Positions 50,970 to 60,251 of a stretch of DNA of 64,000 nt are shown piece after piece. Position 1 is the first letter of the stretch, and every line of letters starts with the position of its first letter. The notes under the pieces were generated by a model. The model was not told the DNA's origin and did no database searches. It worked only from the letters and a program-made list of their open reading frames with translations. The stretch comes from an uncultured Spirochaetota bacterium. Its GTDB lineage: Bacteria; Spirochaetota; UBA4802; UBA5550. The stretch lies in NCBI GenBank assembly GCA_963827275.1, contig CAWHAA010000004.1, positions 128,001 through 192,000 on the forward strand. The letters run 5' to 3'. Made by a program: the position numbers and the translations under genes.

Positions 50970-51038
50970 TCATGCCCCCAACGGGGGACAGGGGGGCGGT
51001 TGGCATGACCCCTCGTGCCCCCTACGGGGGCCAGGGGG
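50970..51038 (-). repeat. Two tandem REP-like units in inverted orientation (43-bp period)
   Basis: Reverse complements CCCCCCTGTCCCCC-GTT-GGGGGCATGA and CCCCCTGGCCCCC-GTA-GGGGGCACGA. Confidence 0.9.
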
Positions 51039-51078
51039 ATGTATAGCGGGTGATAGCTTGCTGAAAGGACATCTCTAA

Positions 51079-51655
51079 ATGGACTTCAAGAAACTCGTAA
51101 CAACAAGCCGCAGCTACCGGAGATTTTACCAGGACCAAGCGATCACGAGGGAGACGCTCCGCGACCTTGTCGGCCTGGCGCGGCTCGCGCCGTCCGCGGC
51201 GAACCGCCAGCCGCTCCGCTATATCCTCTCCTGCGACCCGGAAAAGAACGCGCGTATATTCCCGCACCTTGCCTGGGCCGCGTACCTGAAAGACTGGCCG
51301 GGCCCGTCCGAGGGGGAGCGTCCCTCGGCCTACATCATCATGCTGAACGATGCTGAGCATCTCGAAGGCCGTCGAGTGGGACCACGGCATCGCGGCGCAG
51401 ACGATCCTCCTCGGCGCTGCCTCCCTGGGACTGGGCGGGTGCATTATCGCCAGCATAAAGAAAGAGGCCCTCATGGCCACGCTCAATATCCCGGCGCGGT
51501 ACGGGGTCCTTCTCGTGCTGGCCCTGGGGAAGCCGAAGGAGACGGTCGTCATTGACCCGGTCGGCGCCGAAGGCGACATCCGGTATTTCCGTGACGGCGA
51601 CGGCGTCCACCATGTGCCGAAGCGCTCCCTTGACGAGCTGGTCCTGGACCTGTGA
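51079..51655 (+). CDS. Nitroreductase family protein (frameshift at ~51352)
   Basis: RSYRRF and APSAANRQPL, continuing as DHGIAAQTILL..GLGGC..ALGKP..HHVPKR after removal of one G. Confidence 0.9.
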
Positions 51656-51674
51656 TGCACCGGGGCGCCAGGCC

Positions 51675-52430
51675 ATGTTCCGCGTCACTATCCGCTTCTA
51701 CGAAGAGCTGAACGACTTTCTCCCGCCCGCGCGCAGGAAACGGGACGTTGAATTCGAGTTTTCCGGACGCCGGTCGGTCAAGGACCTGATAGAGTCGCTG
51801 GGTGTGCCGCACGTGGAAGTGGACCTGATACTGGTGAACGGGGAGTCGGTCGGGTTCGGCCGCATCGTCGCGGACGGCGACCGGATCAGCGTGTATCCGG
51901 TGTTCGAATCGCTTGACATCGGGACCGTGACGCGCCTGCGGCCCGATCCGCTCAGGGACCCGCGCTTCGTGCTGGACGTGCACCTCCGGAAGCTCGCGCG
52001 CCATCTCCGCCTGCTCGGCTTCGACGTTGACTGGCTGCCGGACCGCGACGACGGCGAGCTGGCGGACATCGCGGAGCGGGAAGGGCGCATCCTCCTGTCC
52101 CGCGACCTTCAGCTCATGATGCGGAAAAAGGTGTCGCGGGGCCTGTACGTGCGGAATACCGACCCGTCGAAGCAGGTCACGGAGGTGCTGGAGCGCCTGC
52201 AGCTGTTCGGTCTGTGCCGGCCCTTCACCCGCTGCGTGGAATGCAACGGGCTGATGCGGCCGCTCGACATCGCCGCGCCCGGCTCTGACGCTGCCGCGGC
52301 CATACCGCCGGGCGTGCTCGCCTGGTGCCGGGAATATTACCGGTGCGGGGAGTGCGGCCGCATCTACTGGAAAGGGAGCCATTACGACAAATTGAAGAAT
52401 AGGGTTGAAGGAATACTGAATGGCAGATGA
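51675..52430 (+). CDS. Mut7-C RNase family protein (ubiquitin-like + PIN + Zn ribbon)
   Basis: RFYEELNDFL, SVKDLIESLGVPHVEVD, FVLDVHL, PFTRCVECNG and CGECGRIYWKGSH. Confidence 0.92.
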   Translation: MFRVTIRFYEELNDFLPPARRKRDVEFEFSGRRSVKDLIESLGVPHVEVDLILVNGESVGFGRIVADGDRISVYPVFESLDIGTVTRLRPDPLRDPRFVLDVHLRKLARHLRLLGFDVDWLPDRDDGELADIAEREGRILLSRDLQLMMRKKVSRGLYVRNTDPSKQVTEVLERLQLFGLCRPFTRCVECNGLMRPLDIAAPGSDAAAAIPPGVLAWCREYYRCGECGRIYWKGSHYDKLKNRVEGILNGR

Positions 52431-52878
52431 CGGAGAATTCATGCGGCTGGCGCTCTCCCTTGCCCGCGAGGCTTCCGCCGCGGGCGAGGTCCCGGTGGGG
52501 GCGGTCGTGGTAAAGGACGGCGCGGTGCTTGCGTCGGCCCGCAACGACAACCGGGAGCGCAGCGACCCCGTTCGCCACGCGGAGATCAACGCCATCGAGC
52601 GGGCCTGCGCCGCGCTCGGCAACGAGCGCCTCACCGGGTGCGACCTGTACGTGACCAAGGAGCCGTGCGCCATGTGCGCCGGCGCGATCGTACATGCCCG
52701 GATCCGCAGGCTTGTGATCGGGACGCGCGATACGCGCTACGGTGCCTGCGGCACGGTGCTCACCGTGTGCGGAAACCGCGCGCTGAACCACGTGCCCGAT
52801 ATAGAGTTCGGGCTGTATGAAGATGAGGCGGCCGGTCTTTTGAAAGTGTTTTTCCAGATGAAGAGAAACGGCGGATGA
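52420..52878 (+). CDS. tadA: tRNA adenosine(34) deaminase
   Basis: GEVPVGAV, HAE, EPCAMCAGA and ALNH. Confidence 0.9.
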   Translation: MADDGEFMRLALSLAREASAAGEVPVGAVVVKDGAVLASARNDNRERSDPVRHAEINAIERACAALGNERLTGCDLYVTKEPCAMCAGAIVHARIRRLVIGTRDTRYGACGTVLTVCGNRALNHVPDIEFGLYEDEAAGLLKVFFQMKRNGG

Positions 52879-52984
52879 AAGGAGCCGCGGGTTGCCTGGC
52901 AATTAAATAAAAAAGCATTGCTTTTTTTTATATTTTCTATATCATCATGTATATTACCGAATAAAAAATAATGGAGGCCTGTCT

Positions 52985-53347
52985 ATGAATGATGGAAACA
53001 GCTTTATCGGTACGTTGATCTATCTGGCGATCATCGCTCTCATACTTGCCGGGATGTGGAAGGTCTTCGAGAAAGCGGGAAAACCCGGGTGGGCCGCGAT
53101 CATACCAATTTATAATATTATCGTTTTACTCCAGATCCTTGGCAAACCGCTCTGGTGGATAGTACTGTTCCTTATTCCTATCGTTAACCTGGTGGTTTTC
53201 ATCATGGTTTCAATGGACCTCGCTGTTTGTTTCGGTAAAAGCAAGGCCTGGGGATTCGGTTTGTTATGCATCCTGCCATTCATAGGATACCCAATGCTGG
53301 GCTTTGGACCGGAGAAGTTTTCAGCCCCGGCGAAGTCCGCATCATAA
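52985..53347 (+). CDS. DUF5684-like membrane protein
   Basis: WKVFEKAGKPGWAAIIPIYN and FGKS. GGAGG RBS. Confidence 0.85.
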   Translation: MNDGNSFIGTLIYLAIIALILAGMWKVFEKAGKPGWAAIIPIYNIIVLLQILGKPLWWIVLFLIPIVNLVVFIMVSMDLAVCFGKSKAWGFGLLCILPFIGYPMLGFGPEKFSAPAKSAS

Positions 53348-53479
53348 TGTGATGATGTGCGGCATGTGCCGCTGATATGCGGGACATGCCGTAATCTGTT
53401 TTTTAAATGATAAATGCAAGCGATCTAGAGTAGTAAAAAACCTGTTGTGTGTATTATCTGAAAATATTGGAGGCCCTCG

Positions 53480-53896
53480 ATGTCTGATATCCAGAGACCG
53501 CCCGTGCTGACGCTCCTCGCCGTCCTTGCCGTCGTCACCGGCGCCTTTTCGCTGATCCGCGGGGGGCTTTTGATATTCGGCGGCATCAGCCAGCTGATGG
53601 ACGGCTACGGCGGGGCCCCGGAAATCGTTATCGGCGTGCTCGCCCTGGGGGTAGGCCTCCTCGCCGTCATCAGCGGGGCGATGGTGCTGCTGAACAGGAA
53701 GGAGGGGGTCCCGCTGCTGTGGAAATTCGGGATCGCGCTCATCGTTTATTCCCTGGTCTGGGTCGTGTACGCGAATGTAACCGGCGGCAAGGTGAGCTGG
53801 GTGAGCGTGCTTACCGAGCTGGCGATAGGCGCCATGACCCTCGGTATGATCAAGACCGGCAAGGAGATACAGGCGTACCTGGCATCGATGCAGTAA
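53480..53896 (+). CDS. Hypothetical membrane protein (4 TM)
   Basis: GGAGG RBS and hydrophobic helices. Confidence 0.75.
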   Translation: MSDIQRPPVLTLLAVLAVVTGAFSLIRGGLLIFGGISQLMDGYGGAPEIVIGVLALGVGLLAVISGAMVLLNRKEGVPLLWKFGIALIVYSLVWVVYANVTGGKVSWVSVLTELAIGAMTLGMIKTGKEIQAYLASMQ

Positions 53897-53914
53897 TACC
53901 CTGGAGGTCACAGC

Positions 53915-54274
53915 ATGGCAATAGCGTCCCTTGTCCTTGGAATATTTTCTATCCTCTTCGCCCTGACCGGGCCGATCAGCTTCATCGGCATTTTCCTGGG
54001 CGCCGCCGGGATTGTCCTCGGGGTGCTGGCGCGCAAGCAGGAGCCCTCCGATGTCGCCACCGGCGGGCTTGTCACCTCGATTATCGGCACCGTGGTGGCG
54101 CTGGTCTTCAACATAGCCTGCGCCGCGTGCCTGTACGGCGGCTTCAAAATGTTCGAAGACGCGTCAAAAAACCCCCAGTCACAGGTACCCGTTATCACCA
54201 AGTCGCTTGAGGACCTGGCAAAGGGGCTCAAGGACCTTGAAAAAGAGGCGAACAAGCAGGCGGAGAAGAAATAA
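53915..54274 (+). CDS. DUF4190-like membrane protein
   Basis: MAIASLVLGI..GIVLG..ATGGLVTSIIG. GGAGGT RBS. Confidence 0.75.
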   Translation: MAIASLVLGIFSILFALTGPISFIGIFLGAAGIVLGVLARKQEPSDVATGGLVTSIIGTVVALVFNIACAACLYGGFKMFEDASKNPQSQVPVITKSLEDLAKGLKDLEKEANKQAEKK

Positions 54275-54292
54275 ATAATCTGCAATGTCAAG

Positions 54293-54331
54293 CCCCCCTG
54301 ACCCCCGCAGGGGGCACGAATCAGAGGGCTG
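54293..54331 (+). repeat. Solo copy of the REP-like unit
   Basis: CCCCCCTGACCCCC-GCA-GGGGGCACGAATCAGAGGGCTG. Confidence 0.88.
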
Positions 54332-54361
54332 GTCTTTGGACAATGATGAAATTTGGTTACC

Positions 54362-55132
54362 ATGCACCCCATCCTCATACAATTTACCTTTTTAAACAAG
54401 CAGACCGTCATCGGCGCCTACGGCGTCATGATGGTCGTTGCCCTTGCGGCCGCCACCGGGCTGTCGCTTTTCATCGCCCGGCGATACGGGTACCGGCCGG
54501 GCGATTTCATCAATCACTGCATACTCGGGTCAGCCGCGGTGGTGATGGGGGCATACATCGCCGGCTTCCTCGTGTTCCTTCCTGAACGTATCGGAAAAGA
54601 ATTTATCGATTATCCGCCGGCGCTGGTGAGCTGGGGAGGCATCACCGGCGGCCTCGCGGCCCTTGCGTTCATGAAATATAAATGGCACGAGCCCCTCCCG
54701 CTTCTCGCCGACATATTCACCCCGGGATACCTCGTCGGGCTGGGGATCGGCAGGATCGGGTGCTTCTTCGCAGGGTGCTGCTACGGCGTGCGTTCAGCGG
54801 CCCGCGTCGCCGTCACCTTTACCGATCCGGCCGCGCCGGCGTCGGCGATGCAGCAGCCGCTCGTGCCGGTGCAGCTCATCAGCGCGGCGTTCCTGGTCTG
54901 CGCCGGGCTGGTCTTTGTTCCTGTCGTGCTCCGGAAGAAACATGCCGGCGCCGCCTTCGCAGCGTCCGCGGTCGTGTACTCTATCTTCCGGTTCGTCATC
55001 GAATTCTGGAGAGACGATCCGCGGCTGTTCCTGCTCGGGTTATCGGACGGGCAGATTTTTTCAATACTATACTTTCTGCTGGGGGCGGGGGTGGCGGGGC
55101 ATGCGTATTACAAGTCCCGCACGTTACCCTGA
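54362..55132 (+). CDS. lgt: Prolipoprotein diacylglyceryl transferase family protein
   Basis: MHPIL, YGVMM, GRIGCFFAGCCYG, PVQL and RFVIEFWRDD. Confidence 0.88.
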   Translation: MHPILIQFTFLNKQTVIGAYGVMMVVALAAATGLSLFIARRYGYRPGDFINHCILGSAAVVMGAYIAGFLVFLPERIGKEFIDYPPALVSWGGITGGLAALAFMKYKWHEPLPLLADIFTPGYLVGLGIGRIGCFFAGCCYGVRSAARVAVTFTDPAAPASAMQQPLVPVQLISAAFLVCAGLVFVPVVLRKKHAGAAFAASAVVYSIFRFVIEFWRDDPRLFLLGLSDGQIFSILYFLLGAGVAGHAYYKSRTLP

Positions 55133-55336
55133 AGCGCGCGCTTCAGGCCTATTCCTTCAAAGCCAGCTCCATTGATCCCATCAGTGACTGTCTTCCGAAG
55201 TCCTGCCATCATGACGGGGATGCCTCTTGTTTTTCAATCCACCTGCCGTAATTAATAATATATTTCAGTATAATAGGATAGGTCTCGATAATATATACGG
55301 CAAACTGCGCCCACATTGCGCTAAATGAGGTAAAAG

Positions 55337-56731
55337 ATGGCCGGCATACTGGATCGATTGACCGCTCGTCTTAAAACGTCGGACTATATCATCAGGCTCA
55401 AGGCGGCCTTTGTCCTGCGCATCTGCATCGGCGGCGTTATCGTGACACCCGTCAGCATCGGGTATACCATATATATTAATCTCAACAATCCCGTATATGG
55501 ATACAGTATCTACTGGGAAGGGCTTGCGCCCCTCATAGTGCTGACAGGGGTCTTCGCCATCTGCATACTGGCGTTGAACCGCGGTTACTTTTCGGTCGCC
55601 GCGCATACCCTCTTCATCGTCGCCCTGTCCGTCGTATGGGTTGTCATACTGATCGACAAGAGCTCCCCGGTGGGCCGCCTCGACACCATCGTGGTGATGA
55701 TTGCCCTCCTTTCAATGGGCCCGCTGATAGTCGCCAGGAATGGCATTCTCATTCCCCTCTATTCGGCTGTTACTGTCGCGCTGGTCATCCTGTTCGGGTA
55801 CACCCAGGGGCCCGGCATGGGAATCAGCTACAGCAACATGGTCGATTTCATCATGGACACGGGGGCCGCCGCGATTATCATCGCGATAATATCCTACAAC
55901 CTGTTTTCCACCAACCGGCAGGCGCTGGAGCATTCCGAGGACAGCAAGCTCAAGCTCTCGGCGAGTAATAAGGAGCTCGCGGCGACCAATGAGGAGCTCG
56001 CGGCGACCAATGAGGAGCTCGAGGCCGCCATGGAGGAGCTGACCGCGACCAACGAGGAGTTCGAGGCGCAGAATCTTGAGCTCATCAAGTCCCAGGAGGC
56101 CATAAGTGACTCCCTCGAGGAAAAAATAGTCATGCTCAAGGAGATCCATCACCGCGTAAAGAACAACATGCAGATCGTGTCCAGCCTGCTCAATCTCCAG
56201 TCCCTGAACATCGAGAACCCGGCCGTCAGGCAGATCATACAGGACGCGGTCGGCAGGATCCATTCCATGGCGCTTATCCACGAGAAAATATACCGGGCCG
56301 ACAACTTCTCGCAGTTCAACATGGCAGCCTACCTGAACGATCTGGCCGACGAGGTCATTTCGCTCTATTCCAGCATACCGAATGCGATCAGGGTGGATTC
56401 GGATATGGAGCAGATCTACCTGCCGGTCGATCAGGCGGTGCCCTGCGGCATCCTGATAAACGAGGTCCTCACGAATGCCATGAAACACGGGTGCAGGGAC
56501 GCCGGCGACTGCCGGATAGAGCTGTCCATGAGCAGAAAGGACGGGATGGTCACCATCAGCATCGCTGACTCGGGCCCCGGCATGGACCCGGAGCTCTACG
56601 GGAGCGAGAAGAAGAAGACCATGGGTCTCCAGATCATCGAGGCGCTGGCGCAGCAGCTGAACGCGGAGCTACGGCTCGAGGTCGATGAGGGAACCAGGTT
56701 CACCATACGCTTCATGGAAAAGGCAGTATGA
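55337..56731 (+). CDS. Membrane sensor histidine kinase (HisKA_2 type)
   Basis: TM region, (NEELAAT)n heptads, EIHHRVKNNMQ, NEVLTNAMKH and DSGPG. Confidence 0.92.
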   Translation: MAGILDRLTARLKTSDYIIRLKAAFVLRICIGGVIVTPVSIGYTIYINLNNPVYGYSIYWEGLAPLIVLTGVFAICILALNRGYFSVAAHTLFIVALSVVWVVILIDKSSPVGRLDTIVVMIALLSMGPLIVARNGILIPLYSAVTVALVILFGYTQGPGMGISYSNMVDFIMDTGAAAIIIAIISYNLFSTNRQALEHSEDSKLKLSASNKELAATNEELAATNEELEAAMEELTATNEEFEAQNLELIKSQEAISDSLEEKIVMLKEIHHRVKNNMQIVSSLLNLQSLNIENPAVRQIIQDAVGRIHSMALIHEKIYRADNFSQFNMAAYLNDLADEVISLYSSIPNAIRVDSDMEQIYLPVDQAVPCGILINEVLTNAMKHGCRDAGDCRIELSMSRKDGMVTISIADSGPGMDPELYGSEKKKTMGLQIIEALAQQLNAELRLEVDEGTRFTIRFMEKAV

Positions 56732-56845
56732 CGGAAAGACCGCCCCTCCTCGAAAGTGCCAGATGCGCCGGACCTTTCGATGCATCTACCCTTCCCTGAA
56801 TTTCTCACGGGACCACTTCCGGCAGAAAAGAGCCGGGCAGTTGGA

Positions 56846-58285
56846 TTAACATCTTCTCCTCCATTCCGCGTAGCGGCACAGCGCCCGTGCGGCCCTGACC
56901 GCTCGTTCCGGGGTCGGCAGGAAGGGGATGCCGGATCCGTGCAGGTGCGCGATAAGGGACTCGTCGAGGTTAAGGAACGTTGAGCATATGATCGGGACCG
57001 GCAGGCCGAGCAGCGTCTCGGCGATCCGGTGTTTAAGCACGTCGCCGAGCTTCATGGCGGCGTCGATCATGTTCCTGTCGAGGCCCGGGGCCACGGCGGG
57101 ATGGTCGCGATAATGGAGGAAGGTCTCCACGCCGAAAAATCCGTAGAAGAGGACCAGGTCTACCTCGCCCGATTCGGCGATGAGGCGGGGCACCGTGCTG
57201 AAATACGCCTCCCAGTTATTGATGAAAGTAAAATCGACGGGATTGGAGAGCGACGCCGTCGGCGGTGCGTACTGCGCGATCGCTTTCTGGAGCGACGGCG
57301 AAAACCGGTGGAGCTCCATGCCGGTGCGGGCGACGGCATCGGCCATGACGGCGCCCGGACCCCCGCTGTTGGTGAGTATGCCCACACGCTTTCCGGCGGG
57401 CAGGCTGCAGCGGGAGAGGACGCACGCGAAATCGAACATCTCTTCGACAGACATGGCGCGGATAATGCCGGTCTGCCGGAACACGCCGTCCACGATTCCC
57501 TCGGGCGAGGCCATCGCCGCCGTGTGTGATGCCGTCGCGCGGGCGCCCGCGTCGGTGCCGCTCGCGTACAGCGCCACGATGGGCTTGAGCCGGGAGACCG
57601 ATGCCGCTTTCTCCATGAACGCGCGGCCCCGCCTGATGGCCTCGATGTAGCAGGTGATGGTCCGGATGGTGTCGCGGCCGGCCATGTAGTCCAGGCCGTC
57701 GACGATGTCGAGGTCGCCCTCGTTCCCCAGGCTGATCGCTTCCGCGTAATTAAGCCCGCGCGCGGAGAGGTAGGGCATGAGGTGGGTCACGAACGTTCCC
57801 GAATGGGAAAGCATCCCGATGAGGCCCGGCTTCCCGGAAAAGGGGAATATGGTGAAGTTGTAGCTCGCGTGGAGATTGGCCACGCCGATGCAGTTGGGGC
57901 CTACGTAGCGGAGGCCGTGCTTTTTCGCGGCCGCGTTCAGCTCCCGCTGCAGATCAGAGCCGCCGACTTCGTCGAAGCCTGCCGTGACGATGACGGCCCG
58001 CCTGATGCCGGCGGCCCCCAGCTCATCGATCAGCGGCGGCACGGATTTTGCCGGCAGGATGACGACCGCCAGATCGGGCCTTTCTTTGATCTCCGAAACG
58101 CTCCGGTAGGCGCGGAGGCCGAAAATCTCGCTTTCCCGCGGATGGATGGGGTAAATCGTGCCGGGATAGTGGTTGGTGAGCAGGGTCACGAGCAGGCCCG
58201 ATCCCATTTTTGCCGGATTGCCCGATGCCCCGTAAAAAACGATCGACCGGGCGTTCATTATTTCGTTGAGGGGATTCCCATCCAT
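56846..58285 (-). CDS. Acetate-CoA ligase family (NDP-forming acyl-CoA synthetase alpha-like) protein
   Basis: GAS..PAKMG, GPNCIG, SHSG, SLGNEGD, ASHT (phospho-His), TNSGGPG and NPVD. Confidence 0.92.
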   Translation of the reverse strand: MDGNPLNEIMNARSIVFYGASGNPAKMGSGLLVTLLTNHYPGTIYPIHPRESEIFGLRAYRSVSEIKERPDLAVVILPAKSVPPLIDELGAAGIRRAVIVTAGFDEVGGSDLQRELNAAAKKHGLRYVGPNCIGVANLHASYNFTIFPFSGKPGLIGMLSHSGTFVTHLMPYLSARGLNYAEAISLGNEGDLDIVDGLDYMAGRDTIRTITCYIEAIRRGRAFMEKAASVSRLKPIVALYASGTDAGARATASHTAAMASPEGIVDGVFRQTGIIRAMSVEEMFDFACVLSRCSLPAGKRVGILTNSGGPGAVMADAVARTGMELHRFSPSLQKAIAQYAPPTASLSNPVDFTFINNWEAYFSTVPRLIAESGEVDLVLFYGFFGVETFLHYRDHPAVAPGLDRNMIDAAMKLGDVLKHRIAETLLGLPVPIICSTFLNLDESLIAHLHGSGIPFLPTPERAVRAARALCRYAEWRRRC

Positions 58286-58471
58286 GTTGGCCTGCCTTGC
58301 TGCGTTCTATGATGCAATCATCATAAAAACGCGGGCCATACTGTCCACAATTTTTACTGTCGGGCCCCGGGGCATCTCGACACGATTAAATCTCCGGAAG
58401 AGAAGTCCGGAGAAATGTATTGTTATTGACAACACGCCTTTCTTTCCATAAATATGCGACATAATACATCT

Positions 58472-59458
58472 ATGAAAAAAGTCCTCCTTGCCACATCGAA
58501 GAATTCCCTCTACCGCGCGCCGCTAGAAGCGGGCGGGTATGCGGTGTCGGAATTCCCGCTTACGGCCGCTCCTGCCGCGCTCGATGAGGTGCGGCGCCTT
58601 CCGCTCCACGATTTTGTCCTGGCGGACGCGGCAGGGTGCACGGGCGAGACCTGCGGCCTCTACCGCGCGCTCCGGGAGAAGGGGAGGCTTATCTGCGTCG
58701 CCGACGGCATGAGGAAAGAGCTGAAGGAGCGGCTCCTCGACTGCGGCATATCCGATCTCCTCGTGAAATCCGAGCCGGCGTCGCTGGTCCCGCTGCTCCC
58801 GGTCATCGGCGAGGAGCGGGCCGGGGACGCCGGCTCGTTCATTATACTGGACGATGAGAACCCGGCGAGGGAGGTCCTCGGCGCCATCACCGCGCGGTTC
58901 AATTACAGCACGGTGCTTATCTCGACCACCGACGAGCTGTTCGACGGTGTCATCGGTCCCGGCGTGCGCTTCATCCTGGTAAACCTCGGGACGCGCGCAC
59001 TTGACCTGAACGGGCTGGTGAGGAAATTCTACGCGAGCGTCCCCGCCCGGGGCATCCCCGTGCTGGCGTACAAGGACATGCGCGAGGGGATGTTCGTCCA
59101 CGAGTTCGTGGGCGGACTGAACCGGCTCACCAGGTACATACTGGGGCTCGACGAGCTGTACGGGCTGCTGGTCGACCTGCTCTTCAGGAGGGAAGTCGTA
59201 CCGCTGGTCGCGCGATTGAACCGGGAGTCGCAGGCCGACGCGAACACGGCCTTCAACGCGGACACCCTGAACCAGGTCTTTTACATGTGCGAGAAGCGGC
59301 TGTTCGAAGGGACTGACCTGCTCGGCGACGACGCCCTGTCGTCAATGGCGCAGACGCTGCGCGCGCTGGAGCGGGCGGTCCGGAACGTGGAAACCCTGAA
59401 ATGGCTGAAGACCGGTATAGATCAGAACAGCATCAGTACTGCGGGAACGGGGGGATGA
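58472..59458 (+). CDS. Hypothetical protein with degenerate receiver-like domains
   Basis: KKVLLA..., FIILDDE, FILVNL..LNGL and IPVL resemble a CheY fold without the canonical residues. Confidence 0.65.
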   Translation: MKKVLLATSKNSLYRAPLEAGGYAVSEFPLTAAPAALDEVRRLPLHDFVLADAAGCTGETCGLYRALREKGRLICVADGMRKELKERLLDCGISDLLVKSEPASLVPLLPVIGEERAGDAGSFIILDDENPAREVLGAITARFNYSTVLISTTDELFDGVIGPGVRFILVNLGTRALDLNGLVRKFYASVPARGIPVLAYKDMREGMFVHEFVGGLNRLTRYILGLDELYGLLVDLLFRREVVPLVARLNRESQADANTAFNADTLNQVFYMCEKRLFEGTDLLGDDALSSMAQTLRALERAVRNVETLKWLKTGIDQNSISTAGTGG

Positions 59459-60074
59459 GCTTGTGTTCGAGCACCAGCTCCCCTTTCTTCATGTCGGTTA
59501 CCACCTGGAGTGAGATGGACTGACGGTATATCTCCTTCGGATCTGCGGGGTAGCAGGGCCGCCGCGCGTCATGGCAGCGAAGGCAGAGCTTTTCGCGCTT
59601 CTTGATGTTCTTGATGCCCAGGACCGGGTACATGCCGTTTTTCAGGGCGATATTGTAGGCGCCGAGCCGGTCCACCGTGTCAACATGGCCCGCGAACTCG
59701 GAGTAGCCGCTCCCCGGGCCGTGGCACGCCTCGCAGCCGACCCCTTCCTCGATCGTCTGCTGATGTTTGCCGCCCCCGGTCGTGTGACAGGAGAGGCACC
59801 GGCGGTCATTCGCCGGGGAGGCGATCGACAGCCTCTTTGCCAGGTCGATCGCCGGCGCGGTTTTCAGTATGAGCACCGCCTTGGCGTGGGGGGAGCGGAG
59901 CCACTTGTCATACTGGTTCCCAATCGAATCCGCGTCGTGGCACCTGCCGCACGACGCGCTCCCCAGGTAGGTGTGCTTCTTTTTTTCCGGCAGGGCGCGG
60001 ACCGAGAAGGCGAAGATAAGCAGCAGCGCGGCGCCGGCGGCCAGCGGTATGTTGATATGCATTCTGTGTTTCAT
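59433..60074 (-). CDS. Multiheme c-type cytochrome (c554-like, 4 hemes)
   Basis: Signal/TM segment, CGRCH, CLSCH, EGVGCEACHGPGS and CLRCH. Confidence 0.9.
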   Translation of the reverse strand: MKHRMHINIPLAAGAALLLIFAFSVRALPEKKKHTYLGSASCGRCHDADSIGNQYDKWLRSPHAKAVLILKTAPAIDLAKRLSIASPANDRRCLSCHTTGGGKHQQTIEEGVGCEACHGPGSGYSEFAGHVDTVDRLGAYNIALKNGMYPVLGIKNIKKREKLCLRCHDARRPCYPADPKEIYRQSISLQVVTDMKKGELVLEHKLIPPFPQY

Positions 60075-60251
60075 CGGAATTCCCGCGTGTTGCATCTCCA
60101 CTATCCTATTGTTTTTATACCGTCAAGCAGTTAATGCGCCCGGCGTGCGGCCCCTGTGTCACGGGGATGCGGGGTATGCCGGCGTATCTTTAGTAAAATA
60201 GTATTGACATTCTGACCGGCGTGCTATGGAATCCTGTCACGGAGGGGGCCT

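Noticed and set aside
50739..51038. Mini-CRISPR or simple terminators
   Set aside because: The period is only 43 bp, the two pairs are inverted, there are no U-tracts, and a dispersed copy exists. This fits REP-like elements better.
56750..56787. H-type pseudoknot (TCGAAAG/CTTTCGA with AGATGC/GCATCT)
   Set aside because: The third loop would be 1 nt across a 7-bp stem, which is sterically implausible; probably chance.
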